Positions 1 to 10,102 of a DNA stretch of 53,336 bases are shown one piece after another. A model generated the notes under the pieces. The model searched no databases. It was not told the DNA's origin and saw nothing but the letters and a program-made list of their open reading frames with translations. The stretch lies in the NCBI GenBank assembly GCA_009924095.1, contig RFSG01000004.1, positions 1 through 53,336 of the forward strand, read 5' to 3'. The position numbers were made by a program, and so were the translations under genes. The stretch comes from Sphingobacteriia bacterium (GTDB lineage: Bacteria > Bacteroidota > Bacteroidia > J057 > RFSG01). Within the stretch, counting starts at the first letter, position 1; every line of letters starts with the position of its first letter.

Positions 1-1605
1 TCCATGTGTCATTCTAAACGGAAAGGCTAATCCTACTCCAGCAGAGATAATTAATTGTTCAGCATTTCCATTTAATTTTCGGGGAGATAATTCCTTGTTT
101 CTAGACCAAATTATTTCCGGCGTATTCCATAATTCAGATAAAAGCTGGTCATCTAATTCTGACGGTAATAAACTTTCGGTCTCTGGTAAACTCTCTAGCA
201 CCACCCAAACGGGTTGTGCTTCAAAATAATTTTGTAAATGGGTAACCGTGTCTTTTAATAAATCCTGACTATGCGCATAACGCGGTATTTTTAATAAAAA
301 TTGATTAAATTCTTCTTTTTTCTTTTGCTGTAAAGAAATCCCGTATTTTAATAAACGATCATGATATTTTAAAAATAAGGTTCTGAATACTAGAATTAAT
401 AAAATTAAAAATATTACCTCTACCAAACTTTGATATGGAGAAGGAGATAACCAAGTATTCCCTAATTCATGTACAATTAAATAAAGAATTAATAATCCTC
501 CTCCTAATAATAAATATTGTAAAGTTCGAGATAAAATTACTGCTGTTTTACCAAATTTTAGTCGAGAAAAACTTAACCAAAAAAATGGAAATACCTGAAT
601 CAGGAAACTAAAACATAAGGCAATGGGGATCCATTCATTATGGGCAATATTTCCATTTAGGGCTAATAGCAAAAAAATACAAGCTAATATGGAGAAGACT
701 CCTCCACCCAAATTAAAACCTGAAGTCTTTTTCTCCCTATGAAAAAAGAATATCCCCAAATGTACCCAAGCAAACAGGCTTTGAAATACAAGAATTTCTG
801 CTTCTAATATTCCGAAGTAATTAGAAATTTTATTTAAGGGTAACCCTAATAGGCAGATTAATATTCCAATTATTATGGAGGGAATTAACCATTTCCAAGA
901 TATTCTCGTTGCTGCAGTAGAAATAGCAAGGCTACTCGAGAGAATTAAATACAACAAACAAAAAGAATATTCCAGAGATAATAATTCACTGGGAATATCT
1001 AATAATATTCTAAGATTTCTAAATGCAATTAAACCCGTAAATGCAATACTTAATAATCCTGGCAGAATTACAGGCCATTGTTCCACAGGATTGGTTCTGA
1101 ACAAAGGAAATAAAATCAGCAAAATAATTATTGAAACAAAACATAAACTGCAGGTCAACCAAATTTGAACGGTCCAGAGCCATGGGATTTCTGGCCAGGA
1201 AGCAAAGGGATGAAGGGATAATGCTACAAACACATTTAATCGTTCAGGACTAAACCGATTAATTTCCTGCCGTTCGATTTGATAAATTAAAAGTTTACCG
1301 GGTTGGCCAGCTTGATGTATTTCTTTTAATAAAGGTAAATTAGGAATGGGGGCATATTCTATCCCTAAAAGTTTATCTCCTGGTTTAATCCCATTTCCAG
1401 GACTATTCGTGGCAGTATGATAACTTTTTTTAGCAATTATTTCTGCCTCATTTTGTTCCCATACAACCCAATCCCAAACAGTAAGAGATGGCTCCGATAG
1501 AGAGGTATGGGGTTGTTTTGAAATGGAATAGATATAAGAAAGGATCTTAAGCGTTGCCACCCCAAGGAAAATCCAACTAATACCTAAAAGCCATACTTTT
1601 CTCAT
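1..1605 (-). CDS. Membrane sensor protein (N-terminal TM, PDZ-like domain, multi-TM region, GAF-like region); runs off the left edge, probable histidine kinase or phosphatase
   Basis: Not in the ORF track. Manual translation from ATG at 1605 (MRKVWLLGISWIFLGVATLKIL...) stays open for 535 codons to base 1. Contains PDZ-like NSPGNGIKPGDKLLGIE, many hydrophobic helices, then a soluble region ending ...GVGLAFPFRMTHG. Confidence 0.7.
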   Translation of the reverse strand, partial: MRKVWLLGISWIFLGVATLKILSYIYSISKQPHTSLSEPSLTVWDWVVWEQNEAEIIAKKSYHTATNSPGNGIKPGDKLLGIEYAPIPNLPLLKEIHQAGQPGKLLIYQIERQEINRFSPERLNVFVALSLHPFASWPEIPWLWTVQIWLTCSLCFVSIIILLILFPLFRTNPVEQWPVILPGLLSIAFTGLIAFRNLRILLDIPSELLSLEYSFCLLYLILSSSLAISTAATRISWKWLIPSIIIGILICLLGLPLNKISNYFGILEAEILVFQSLFAWVHLGIFFFHREKKTSGFNLGGGVFSILACIFLLLALNGNIAHNEWIPIALCFSFLIQVFPFFWLSFSRLKFGKTAVILSRTLQYLLLGGGLLILYLIVHELGNTWLSPSPYQSLVEVIFLILLILVFRTLFLKYHDRLLKYGISLQQKKKEEFNQFLLKIPRYAHSQDLLKDTVTHLQNYFEAQPVWVVLESLPETESLLPSELDDQLLSELWNTPEIIWSRNKELSPRKLNGNAEQLIISAGVGLAFPFRMTHG

Positions 1606-1670
1606 ATTCCCAGAAAATTACCAGATTTTTAGGCAGATAATTCATATTTTTTTTTTTAATTCAGTCTGCG

Positions 1671-1678
1671 TAACTTCG
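1671..1678 (+). promoter_or_regulatory. Near-consensus Bacteroidota -7 promoter element (TAACTTCG) for the yceD-rpmF-plsX-fabH operon
   Basis: One mismatch to TAnnTTTG, 20 nt upstream of the yceD ATG. Confidence 0.4.
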
Positions 1679-1698
1679 CAATCTTATTTCATTGGCGC

Positions 1699-2256
1699 AT
1701 GTTGCGGCCCAAAGACATCAAGGCATATAGTATAGAGTTGCCGAAACTCAAGTCTGGTAAAAATGAATTCGATTTTTTACTAGATGAAAGATTTCTGAAG
1801 TTGTTTGAAAAACCACTGATGAAAATTGGGAAGGTAGCTGTTGCGGCTGAGGTGTTTAAAAACTTGAATCATTTGGATGTTAAATTCAAATTTGAAGGGT
1901 TTTTGCAATTGGAGTGTGATCGTTGTGGGGTTGAGTACGAATATCCGATAAATGTTGAACATCGGATTATTTATGCGTATCGAGGGGTTGGAACTACAGA
2001 AGAGGAGGAAACAGAGGTCGAAGGTACTGAAGTCATTTACATTAGCAGAGATGAACATTTGCTGGATTTGACCCAAGAATTATACGACTATGTTTGTTTA
2101 GAAATCCCAATTCGAAAAGTTCCTGAGGATTGCAATGATAATTGTCCGCGGTATGTAAGCTTATTTAAGGAGGGAAATACCTCTTTGAATGAAAGCGATA
2201 CAGATCCCAGATGGGAAGCGTTGCGCCGAATGAAAAGTGATAATTCTGAAAACTAA
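1699..2256 (+). CDS. yceD: DUF177/YceD family protein
   Basis: CDRC motif, C-terminal DPRWEAL, directly upstream of rpmF. Confidence 0.9.
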   Translation: MLRPKDIKAYSIELPKLKSGKNEFDFLLDERFLKLFEKPLMKIGKVAVAAEVFKNLNHLDVKFKFEGFLQLECDRCGVEYEYPINVEHRIIYAYRGVGTTEEEETEVEGTEVIYISRDEHLLDLTQELYDYVCLEIPIRKVPEDCNDNCPRYVSLFKEGNTSLNESDTDPRWEALRRMKSDNSEN

Positions 2257-2277
2257 GCAACTTAATTCCTTTCTGCC

Positions 2278-2460
2278 ATGGCACATCCTAAGCGAAAAAT
2301 TTCCAAAACCCGCAGGGACAAAAGAAGAACCCATGACAAGCTAACTGCTTTGCCCACTTATACAGATCAAGTATCTGGAGAAGCTACGCTTTATCATCGC
2401 GTATGCATCGAAAGCGGGTATTACCGCGGACGGCAAGTCATGAAAGGAAAAGAAGAATAA
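2278..2460 (+). CDS. rpmF: 50S ribosomal protein L32
   Basis: [19 protein letters not shown]...HRV...GYYRGRQV. Confidence 0.97.
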   Translation: MAHPKRKISKTRRDKRRTHDKLTALPTYTDQVSGEATLYHRVCIESGYYRGRQVMKGKEE

Positions 2461-2465
2461 TTCCG

Positions 2466-3404
2466 ATGCGAATTGGGATTGATGTTATGGGCGGGGATTT
2501 TTTCCCCCATGCTCCCATTGCAGGCGCAATTTTGGCTCAAGCCGAAATGGGCGACAAATTGCGCATGGTTCTCATCGGGGATACCCAGTTGATTCAAGCC
2601 GAACTTAATAAGCTTAACCTTCCGCTCGATCAATTCGAAATCCTGCATGCTCCTGAAGTAATCGGGATGGATGAACATCCTGCTAAAGCATTTGTAGCTA
2701 AAGTGCATTCTTCTATCTCCGTCGGAATTAATTCAGTAAAATCGAATCATATTGATGCCTTTATCAGTGCCGGAAATACCGGGGCTATGCTGGTAGGCTC
2801 TGTTCTAGGATTGGGTAATATAGAAGGCGTTTTAAGACCTACTATAGGTGCTCTCTATCCTTGTAATGGTAAGTTTTCCCTTTTTTGTGATGTAGGTGCT
2901 AATACCGATTGCAAACCAGAACACTTGGTGCAATTTGCCTTGTTAGGAAGTATTTACCTACGTGAAGTAATGGGCATTGAATCTCCTTCAGTTGCCCAAC
3001 TAAATGTAGGAGAGGAAAGAACTAAAGGAAGCCAACTCGCGCAAGCAACTTATGAGTTGTTAGAAGCACATCCTGATATTCGATTTATCGGAAATGCTGA
3101 GGGTCGTGACCTCAACCGTCAGTTTGCAGATGTATATGTATGTGATGGTTTCACGGGTAATATACTCCTTAAGTATGCTGAGTCTATTTACGACTTATTT
3201 CATGATCGGTTTCCAGAGGATGCAGTAGTTAATTCCTTCAATTTTGAAAATTATGGGGGATTACCAATTCTCGGCGTAAAAGGCGTTTCTGTAATCGGTC
3301 ATGGCATTTCAACCCCGAAAGCTTTTCATCAAATGATACGAACAGCTTCCGACGCCATTAGATCTGGGTTGATTGAAAAATTTGAAAAAGCCCTGAAAGT
3401 TTAA
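2466..3404 (+). CDS. plsX: Phosphate acyltransferase PlsX
   Basis: [11 protein letters not shown] start (ATG 2466, after the rpmF stop), SAGNTGA, DVGAN, CDGFTGN, GHG motifs. Confidence 0.95.
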   Translation: MRIGIDVMGGDFFPHAPIAGAILAQAEMGDKLRMVLIGDTQLIQAELNKLNLPLDQFEILHAPEVIGMDEHPAKAFVAKVHSSISVGINSVKSNHIDAFISAGNTGAMLVGSVLGLGNIEGVLRPTIGALYPCNGKFSLFCDVGANTDCKPEHLVQFALLGSIYLREVMGIESPSVAQLNVGEERTKGSQLAQATYELLEAHPDIRFIGNAEGRDLNRQFADVYVCDGFTGNILLKYAESIYDLFHDRFPEDAVVNSFNFENYGGLPILGVKGVSVIGHGISTPKAFHQMIRTASDAIRSGLIEKFEKALKV

Positions 3405-3415
3405 GCCCCGACCTT

Positions 3416-4399
3416 ATGAAAACCACTGCGGCCATAACAGCAGTCGGAGCCTACCTTCCCGATGATATCCTGACCAATCAGGATTTGGAAAAAATGGTGG
3501 ACACCACAAATGACTGGATCCTCGAAAGAACTGGAATCCAGGAACGCCATATCCTGAAAGGTCCATATGGTACTTCCACCCTTGCTGCCAGAGCAATTCA
3601 GTCTTTACTCCAACAACGAAATTTATCCCCCCTCGATATTGATCTTATCATTGTAGCAACTACTACACCCGATATGATGTTTCCCGCTACCGCAAATGTG
3701 GTAGGGGATATGATTGGAGCTAAAAATGCCTGGGGGTTTGACCTGCAAGCAGCCTGTTCTGGCTTTATTTATGCCCTATCTACCGGTGCTCAGTTTATTG
3801 AAACTGGACGATATAAAAAAGTAGTAGTAGTAGGCGCAGACAAAATGTCGTCTATTATTGATTATGAAGATCGAAATACCTGTATCATTTTTGGAGATGG
3901 CGGTGGTGCTGTTTTGTTAGAGCCTAATTATGAAGGCTTAGGTGTGCTGGATTTTATTCTTCACAGTGATGGAGCAGGACGTGAATTTCTGCATATGAAA
4001 GCAGGAGGATCTATGAAGCCTGCCTCTTTGGAAACCGTCAGAAATAAAGAACATTATGTTTACCAAGAAGGTAAAACCGTATTCAAATTTGCGGTAACCA
4101 ATATGGCCGATGTGGCGGTAAAAATAATGGAGAAAAATAATTTGGGCCCCGATGATATCGCTTGGTTAGTGCCGCATCAGGCCAATAAACGAATTATTGA
4201 TTCCACTGGACAAAGAATGGGTATCCCACCCGAAAAAGTAATTGTCAATATTCAAAAATATGGCAATACCACTTCCGGAACCATTCCGATTTGCTTGTTT
4301 GAATGGAAAGATAAATTTAAAAAAGGGGATAATCTTATTCTCGCCTCATTTGGTGGAGGATTTACCTGGGGTGCCGTTTATGTTAAGTGGGGATGTTAA
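3416..4399 (+). CDS. fabH: 3-oxoacyl-ACP synthase III
   Basis: AACSGF (Cys), PHQAN (His), YGNT (Asn), FGGGFTWG. Confidence 0.96.
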   Translation: MKTTAAITAVGAYLPDDILTNQDLEKMVDTTNDWILERTGIQERHILKGPYGTSTLAARAIQSLLQQRNLSPLDIDLIIVATTTPDMMFPATANVVGDMIGAKNAWGFDLQAACSGFIYALSTGAQFIETGRYKKVVVVGADKMSSIIDYEDRNTCIIFGDGGGAVLLEPNYEGLGVLDFILHSDGAGREFLHMKAGGSMKPASLETVRNKEHYVYQEGKTVFKFAVTNMADVAVKIMEKNNLGPDDIAWLVPHQANKRIIDSTGQRMGIPPEKVIVNIQKYGNTTSGTIPICLFEWKDKFKKGDNLILASFGGGFTWGAVYVKWGC

Positions 4400-4504
4400 A
4401 GATTAAGAAGCTTCACTTTAACGCTTTTGTTGAATCTCACCCAATTAGGATTATTTATTAACTTGCCCTTCGCTAGGGTTTGCCGAAACGTATAATTTAA
4501 ACAT

Positions 4505-5020
4505 ATGATGGACTTTAAATCAATTCAGGAACTTCTTCGAATGGTTAATAAATCAGACCTGACAGAAGTTGAAATCGAACAAAAAGATTTTAAGATAAAA
4601 ATCACAAGGCAATTGCCTGAGATGCAAACTTTTGTTCAGCCCAATTATTACCCATCTCCTGCTGCCTTACCCCCAACTGCACCAGCTCCAGGAAGCCTGT
4701 CTTATCCAGGTTATCCCACCTCCTCTCCAGAACCGAAAAAAGATTCTGCTGCAGAGGCACCCGAAACCAACACTGGATTATTTGAATTTCGCTCCCCGAT
4801 TATTGGTACTTTTTATAGGTCTAATGGCCCTGATAAAGAACCTTATGTAAAAGTCGGTGATACAATCAATCCGGGTCAGCCGCTTTGTATCATTGAGGCT
4901 ATGAAATTATTTAATGAGATAGAAGCTGATATTTCAGGTAAAGTGGTGAAAATACTGATTGAAAATGCGCAACCCGTAGAATACGACCAGCCTTTATTTC
5001 TGATTGAATTAGCTAAATAA
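4505..5020 (+). CDS. accB: Acetyl-CoA carboxylase biotin carboxyl carrier protein
   Basis: EAMKL biotinylation motif, Pro/Ala-rich linker, upstream of accC. Confidence 0.96.
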   Translation: MMDFKSIQELLRMVNKSDLTEVEIEQKDFKIKITRQLPEMQTFVQPNYYPSPAALPPTAPAPGSLSYPGYPTSSPEPKKDSAAEAPETNTGLFEFRSPIIGTFYRSNGPDKEPYVKVGDTINPGQPLCIIEAMKLFNEIEADISGKVVKILIENAQPVEYDQPLFLIELAK

Positions 5021-5029
5021 CGAATCCCC

Positions 5030-6367
5030 TTGTTTAAGAAAATTCTAATCGCAAATCGGGGCGAGATAGCCCTAAGAATACAGCGTACCTGTAAGGAAAT
5101 GGGTATCGATACTGTTGCCGTATTTTCAACGGCTGATAAAGATAGTTTACACGTTCGTTTTGCCGACGAAGCGGTATGTATTGGTCCGCCCAATAGCCGA
5201 GATAGTTATCTAAATATGATGAATATCCTTGCTGCTGCTGAAATTACAGGGGTTGATGCGATTCATCCGGGCTATGGATTTTTATCTGAAAATGCTGAGT
5301 TCTCCCAAATTTGTTATGACCATGGATTTAAATTCATCGGTTCTCCGCCTGAAATTATTAAGGCAATGGGAGATAAAGCAACGGCTAAAGCTACCATGCG
5401 GGCAGCTGGGGTTCCTATTATTCCAGGTTCTGAAGGAATCTTAGAAAGTGTTGCCGAAGGAAAAAAGGTAGCCAAAAAAATTGGGTATCCAGTTCTATTA
5501 AAAGCAACTGCCGGTGGGGGAGGAAAAGGTATGCGCCTCGTGTGGAAGGAAGAAGAATTTGAAGAAGCCTGGAACTCAGCAAGAACAGAAGCCGGAGCCG
5601 CTTTTGGTAATGATGGGATGTATCTGGAAAAATATATTGAAGAACCCCGACATATCGAAATTCAAGTAGTTGGCGACCAATATGGAAATGTTTCCCATCT
5701 TTCAGAACGGGATTGTTCTATCCAGCGCCGACATCAAAAATTGGTGGAAGAAAGTCCAAGCCCTGCAGTAGATCAAAAACTGCGTGAGAAAATTGGAGAA
5801 GCAGCGGTTAAAGGAGCAAAATATGTAAAATACGAAGGTGCAGGTACTGTGGAATTTCTGCTCGATAAACATGGAAAATTTTATTTCATGGAAATGAATA
5901 CCCGTATTCAAGTTGAACATCCAGTTACCGAAGAGATTTTTCATTACGATTTAATTAAAGAGCAAATCAAAGTGGCTGCCGGAGAAAAAGTTTCTGGAAG
6001 GCATTATTTCCCCGATGGAAAGTTTGCGATGGAAGTAAGAATAAATGCCGAAGATCCTTGGAATGATTTTAGACCCAGTCCCGGTGTTATTACCAATTTC
6101 CATAAACCGGGAGGCCATGGGGTAAGGGTAGATACGCATGCTTATGCCGGGTATCGAATCCCTCCAAATTATGATTCCATGATTGGAAAATTAATTGTTT
6201 CCGCATTCTCCCGTGCTGAAGTAATTGCTAAAATGGAAAGAGCCTTAGATGAATTTATTATTGAAGGTGTAAAAACAACGATACCCTTTCATCAGAAACT
6301 GATGAAAGATTCCAACTTCAGAGCAGGTAATTTTACCACTAAATTCCTGGAGGAATTTAAATACTAA
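5030..6367 (+). CDS. accC: Acetyl-CoA carboxylase biotin carboxylase subunit
   Basis: [40 protein letters not shown]; TTG start. Confidence 0.97.
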   Translation: MFKKILIANRGEIALRIQRTCKEMGIDTVAVFSTADKDSLHVRFADEAVCIGPPNSRDSYLNMMNILAAAEITGVDAIHPGYGFLSENAEFSQICYDHGFKFIGSPPEIIKAMGDKATAKATMRAAGVPIIPGSEGILESVAEGKKVAKKIGYPVLLKATAGGGGKGMRLVWKEEEFEEAWNSARTEAGAAFGNDGMYLEKYIEEPRHIEIQVVGDQYGNVSHLSERDCSIQRRHQKLVEESPSPAVDQKLREKIGEAAVKGAKYVKYEGAGTVEFLLDKHGKFYFMEMNTRIQVEHPVTEEIFHYDLIKEQIKVAAGEKVSGRHYFPDGKFAMEVRINAEDPWNDFRPSPGVITNFHKPGGHGVRVDTHAYAGYRIPPNYDSMIGKLIVSAFSRAEVIAKMERALDEFIIEGVKTTIPFHQKLMKDSNFRAGNFTTKFLEEFKY

Positions 6368-6677
6368 TAATAATATCTAATTTTTAGATTTAATATTCTT
6401 TTTGTTTTCCATTTTAGCTTTATCCCATTTATTTAACCAGGCTACTTAACACGCAGCGAGAAAATTCAATAGAATAAAAGTTGTTTTCTGTAATCATTGG
6501 AAGGACAGGATTTATTCTCAATTTATTCTATTCCTATTTTTTAATGATTCATGTTTGTTTTTGGGATGTATTTTATTCCCATTATAATAGTTTTCTTTTT
6601 TTAGGGAAGATTTTCTGTTTGAAAAAATCCTGATTTTCAACAAAATGTGTATCTTAGTTATTAGTTCAAAAAATGCC

Positions 6678-7427
6678 ATGATTAGGTTGAAATATCTGTT
6701 TTTTTTCTTCACTGGCCTTATTGGCTTAGGGGGCTGGATGGGTTTTATTTCTGCCCAAAACCTATCCGATATTAAACAAGACTTAACCTATAAAGACGGG
6801 GTTAGATTAGAATATAGATTAAATTATGCTGGTCTTCCTTACCGTGCAGTTTGGTCTTATGATTTACAGGCTTTTGTTAATGCCAAAAAGAAAAGTAATC
6901 GTCAACGGCTATATTTTTTAGGGGACGACCGAGGATTGGTACCTTCGGATGATTTACGGTATGTAGATGTAATCATTCCGGAGAAATTATCTAAATCTAA
7001 AAAAGAAATAGAAGTTGTTTTATCCGTTCAACAATTAGAAGGAAAGGGCGCTGTGTTGCGTTCCTTAGTAATGCCAGGATGGGGCTTGGAAAGAACCACC
7101 GCGCTGAATCGTTATCGTTGGTCGCGCACCATTCCGGTGTATGGACTCATTGCCAGCAGTTTTGTTTTTAGAGCTTTATCCAGGGATGCCTATAAATCTT
7201 ATCTATCTACCTCCGAAAATGCTGGATACCCTTTGTCGGATTATAAAGATGCTAATCTGTTTCATCAGCTTTCTCTAATCACACTCGGTGCAGGAGTAGT
7301 CTTGTGGGGATATGATTTAGTAGATGTCTGGAGAAGATCGCGTATCAATAAAAAAATAAATGTTCCTCAAAAAGTAAAAATAATTCCTGAACCTGGAGGA
7401 ATTAGAATGAGTTATGCACTACCATAG
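6678..7427 (+). CDS. Exported/membrane protein with DUF5683-like C-terminal hydrophobic region
   Basis: Signal-peptide-like N-terminus; AVLRSLVMPGWG motif followed by two hydrophobic helices. Start could be 6645. Confidence 0.55.
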   Translation: MIRLKYLFFFFTGLIGLGGWMGFISAQNLSDIKQDLTYKDGVRLEYRLNYAGLPYRAVWSYDLQAFVNAKKKSNRQRLYFLGDDRGLVPSDDLRYVDVIIPEKLSKSKKEIEVVLSVQQLEGKGAVLRSLVMPGWGLERTTALNRYRWSRTIPVYGLIASSFVFRALSRDAYKSYLSTSENAGYPLSDYKDANLFHQLSLITLGAGVVLWGYDLVDVWRRSRINKKINVPQKVKIIPEPGGIRMSYALP

Positions 7428-8847
7428 TCGATTCAATTCATATTTAACGAATAATGTATATAATATAACTATTATTATATATAGTTGTTTATTATTATTA
7501 GGCTGTAATAAAAATGAAATGGCATGGAATCTCAAAAAGGAAAGAGTTATTCTAGAGATTCAACCCATCAATGTTACAGAGGATGTTTTTTCACGTAAGT
7601 TTATTATACAAGTAAACCTTGTGGATGCGGGTACTTTACCTATTCAAGAAAAGGGGATAGTTGTTGCCACACATGAATTGCCTACCGTAACCGATACACG
7701 GTTCTCTGCAAGTTCGGGAAATGGGAATTTTGAAGTTTCTGCTATTGGATTACAATCTTCTACTTTTTATCATGTTCGAGCGTATGCAAGGAACGAAGCA
7801 GGGGTTTGGTATAGTGCTGAAGAAAAGGTGCTCACGATAGCCTCTGCCGGAACGCCTGCGGATCCGGATATTCCTTTTGTTACTACCCAAGCCTCTCCCA
7901 GTGCAGCTGTTCTGGAAGGAGGAGGAACTTATAGAATCACTTTAGGAGGAGCGGTGGTGAGTGACCGTGGGGCACAATTAACCCAACAAGGTGTTTGTGT
8001 AGCCACTCATCCAGATGCAACGGTAAACGATATATCGGTAAATAGTTCAGGGGTTGCAACTCCCTTTACGGTATCGGTAACGGGATTGACTGCCAATACT
8101 ACTTATTATTATCGCGCCTTTGCCCAAAACTCAGTAGGTATAGGGTATGGATCTGAATATTCCTTTGTTCCCGGAGTTACCTCTCTAACGCCTGAAATAC
8201 AAACCGGTACGCTCATTTCTCAAATGAGTTCCTTTACTGCTCGTGTTACCCTTACCCTCGTGGATAATCATGGCAGTGCCCTTATTGCCAAAGGATTTTG
8301 CTGGGATACGCTCCCCAATCCGGATGTATCAAAACGAGTAACCGATGGAGGGGCTGGAGTTTCTTTGTTTACTGCTACTTTAGAAGGGTTGATTCCAGGT
8401 AAAACTTATTTTGTTCGGGGTTATGGTACGAATGCAAATGGAACTGGATATGGCAATGAAGTTAGTTTTGTCGCCAATACACCTTCCACGATAACTTATT
8501 ATGAACCGTTTAATAATTTAAGTGCCTGGACTGCCTCTGGCTTTACGATTGTTGCAGACACCGCTTGTTTTCAGGCAAATTGTTCAACCTTATCTGTGGC
8601 GGGTAGTAATGCAAGCATGCAGCGTACTTTTTCTTTAACTTCCATTGAAGACTATTGCCTTAATGTAAGGATACAAGGAACTGCAACGTTAGAAGTATTA
8701 GAAAATGGAAGTGTAAAATCCAGTGCGGTAAATACAGGTATTTATTTTTTAACTGGGTTAATGGGCAGTGGAAATACCACCGTTCAAATCAGGGTAACAG
8801 CCAGCTCGGGGGCAAGGGTTTGGGTAGATGAATTTTATTTTTATTAA
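7414..8847 (+). CDS. Lipoprotein with three fibronectin type III-like repeats and a C-terminal beta-sandwich
   Basis: Lipobox LLLGC; three repeats ending YHVRAYARNEAG, YYYRAFAQNSVG and YFVRGYGTNANG. Confidence 0.8.
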   Translation: MHYHSRFNSYLTNNVYNITIIIYSCLLLLGCNKNEMAWNLKKERVILEIQPINVTEDVFSRKFIIQVNLVDAGTLPIQEKGIVVATHELPTVTDTRFSASSGNGNFEVSAIGLQSSTFYHVRAYARNEAGVWYSAEEKVLTIASAGTPADPDIPFVTTQASPSAAVLEGGGTYRITLGGAVVSDRGAQLTQQGVCVATHPDATVNDISVNSSGVATPFTVSVTGLTANTTYYYRAFAQNSVGIGYGSEYSFVPGVTSLTPEIQTGTLISQMSSFTARVTLTLVDNHGSALIAKGFCWDTLPNPDVSKRVTDGGAGVSLFTATLEGLIPGKTYFVRGYGTNANGTGYGNEVSFVANTPSTITYYEPFNNLSAWTASGFTIVADTACFQANCSTLSVAGSNASMQRTFSLTSIEDYCLNVRIQGTATLEVLENGSVKSSAVNTGIYFLTGLMGSGNTTVQIRVTASSGARVWVDEFYFY

Positions 8848-9105
8848 GGCATAAATCCAAATTTATTCATCGTATTTAACAGGATAAGTAATTTGGAAAC
8901 TAATTATTCTCCTGGAATTAAAGTTTTATTAGAATTTATTTGATGAAATTGTTTTTTTTTCTAATCAGATTACCTGTAAATTAAATTCCTGATGATTTCA
9001 TTTGGATATTAATTATTTTGAACCTAAAGATTCAGTAAATCTGAATAATAATGTTTAATTATAAATTATTATCGAATTAAATATAAGAAATTGGTTAGAT
9101 TTTAA

Positions 9106-9840
9106 TTACCATAGCGGCGATCCTAAGATATTTAATTCAAAGACAAGTCCTTCAGGTTTTGGCGTATCGGGATTTGGGATCTGCCACCCCGCACATACCT
9201 GTATATGTTTGCTGAAATTATACATGCCTCCTATTACCAAAACAGAAGCATCATTGTTTCCGCTAACCCAGTCGCCCATTAAATACCATCTCTTGGCTAG
9301 TTTTAATTCATATCCTAAAAGGGCACCAAAGGTATTGCCCAGGCCTACAAACATTTTATTCGTTTGATAAAGGCCTCCTACTATTCTGCTTTTATGTTTC
9401 ATAAAATGAAATACCCCAATACAATAATTAAAGTAATTAATTCTTTTTTTCTTTATTTTATTACTAATATTTATTCCACTTTGCGTACCCAGATTTACAT
9501 CCAATAGTTTGGTTAATTTAAATTTTTTTTGAAGGGTACCTAAAATTATGGGATATAATGCACCTTCGCCAGGATCACTATTATATAAAGATCTCCATTG
9601 AGGCGAAAAATAAAGTCCTTTACCTACCAGGTTTACCCCGGCATCCCATCCTTTACCTACTCAATAGACAAAATGTGCTTTGGATTCTACCTTATTGGAA
9701 TAGGTATTTAATTGATGTTGATAAAAGAATTTCTTTTTATACGTGATATCTCCGGAAGGAATATTGAATAAATTTTGTTGACTGAGAGTTGTTTTATACA
9801 CAAAAAACAAAAGGATTACGGTAATACTTCGGGTAAGCAT
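9106..9840 (-). pseudogene. Exported beta-rich (probable outer-membrane) protein interrupted by one in-frame TGA at codon 60 (9663..9661)
   Basis: From ATG 9840: MLTRSITVILLFFVYKTTLSQQNLFNIPSGDIT...HFVY*VGKGWDAGVNL... continuing in the same frame into the 132-aa ORF of the track; 245 codons in total. Confidence 0.75.
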
Positions 9841-9968
9841 TTATAAAATTTTATTCTGTTGGGTTCGCATGTACCCAAACGGAATTTGAAGCAAAAGGTT
9901 TCTCCCTTTTGCAATAAGGAACTGGTAACAGATGTAAGATAAATACCTGCCTATCCCTCCTTGCCCTC

Positions 9969-9986
9969 ACAGGTGTCCGCACCTGC
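9969..9986. repeat. GC-rich REP-like palindrome CAGGTG-TCCG-CACCTG
   Basis: Perfect 6-bp stem with 4-nt loop in a GC-rich patch inside an AT-rich spacer; single copy in this window. Confidence 0.4.
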
Positions 9987-10102
9987 AAGAATAAAATAAG
10001 GTTGCTTGATTTTTGTCAACGCTAATGAAAGATTTCTATTTTTAGCAAAGTTTAACAGTAGTATGTTGTGCCATTTTTTTCTAAAAAATTTCCAACCAAC
10101 AA

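Noticed and set aside
875-1168. 97-aa plus-strand ORF
   Set aside because: Antisense shadow of the long minus-strand sensor gene.
2278-2460. L32 lacking the four-Cys zinc ribbon
   Set aside because: Zinc-free L32 variants are common and this is the normal chromosomal locus.
9661-9663. TGA recoding (genetic code 25 Gly, or selenocysteine)
   Set aside because: TGA is clearly used as stop by many intact genes here (e.g. ends at 11143, 12481, 13920, 15647, 17068, 21538), and the context has no redox or Cys-type motif.
9558-9746. 62-aa plus-strand ORF
   Set aside because: Antisense to the interrupted 9106-9840 gene; no recognisable motifs.
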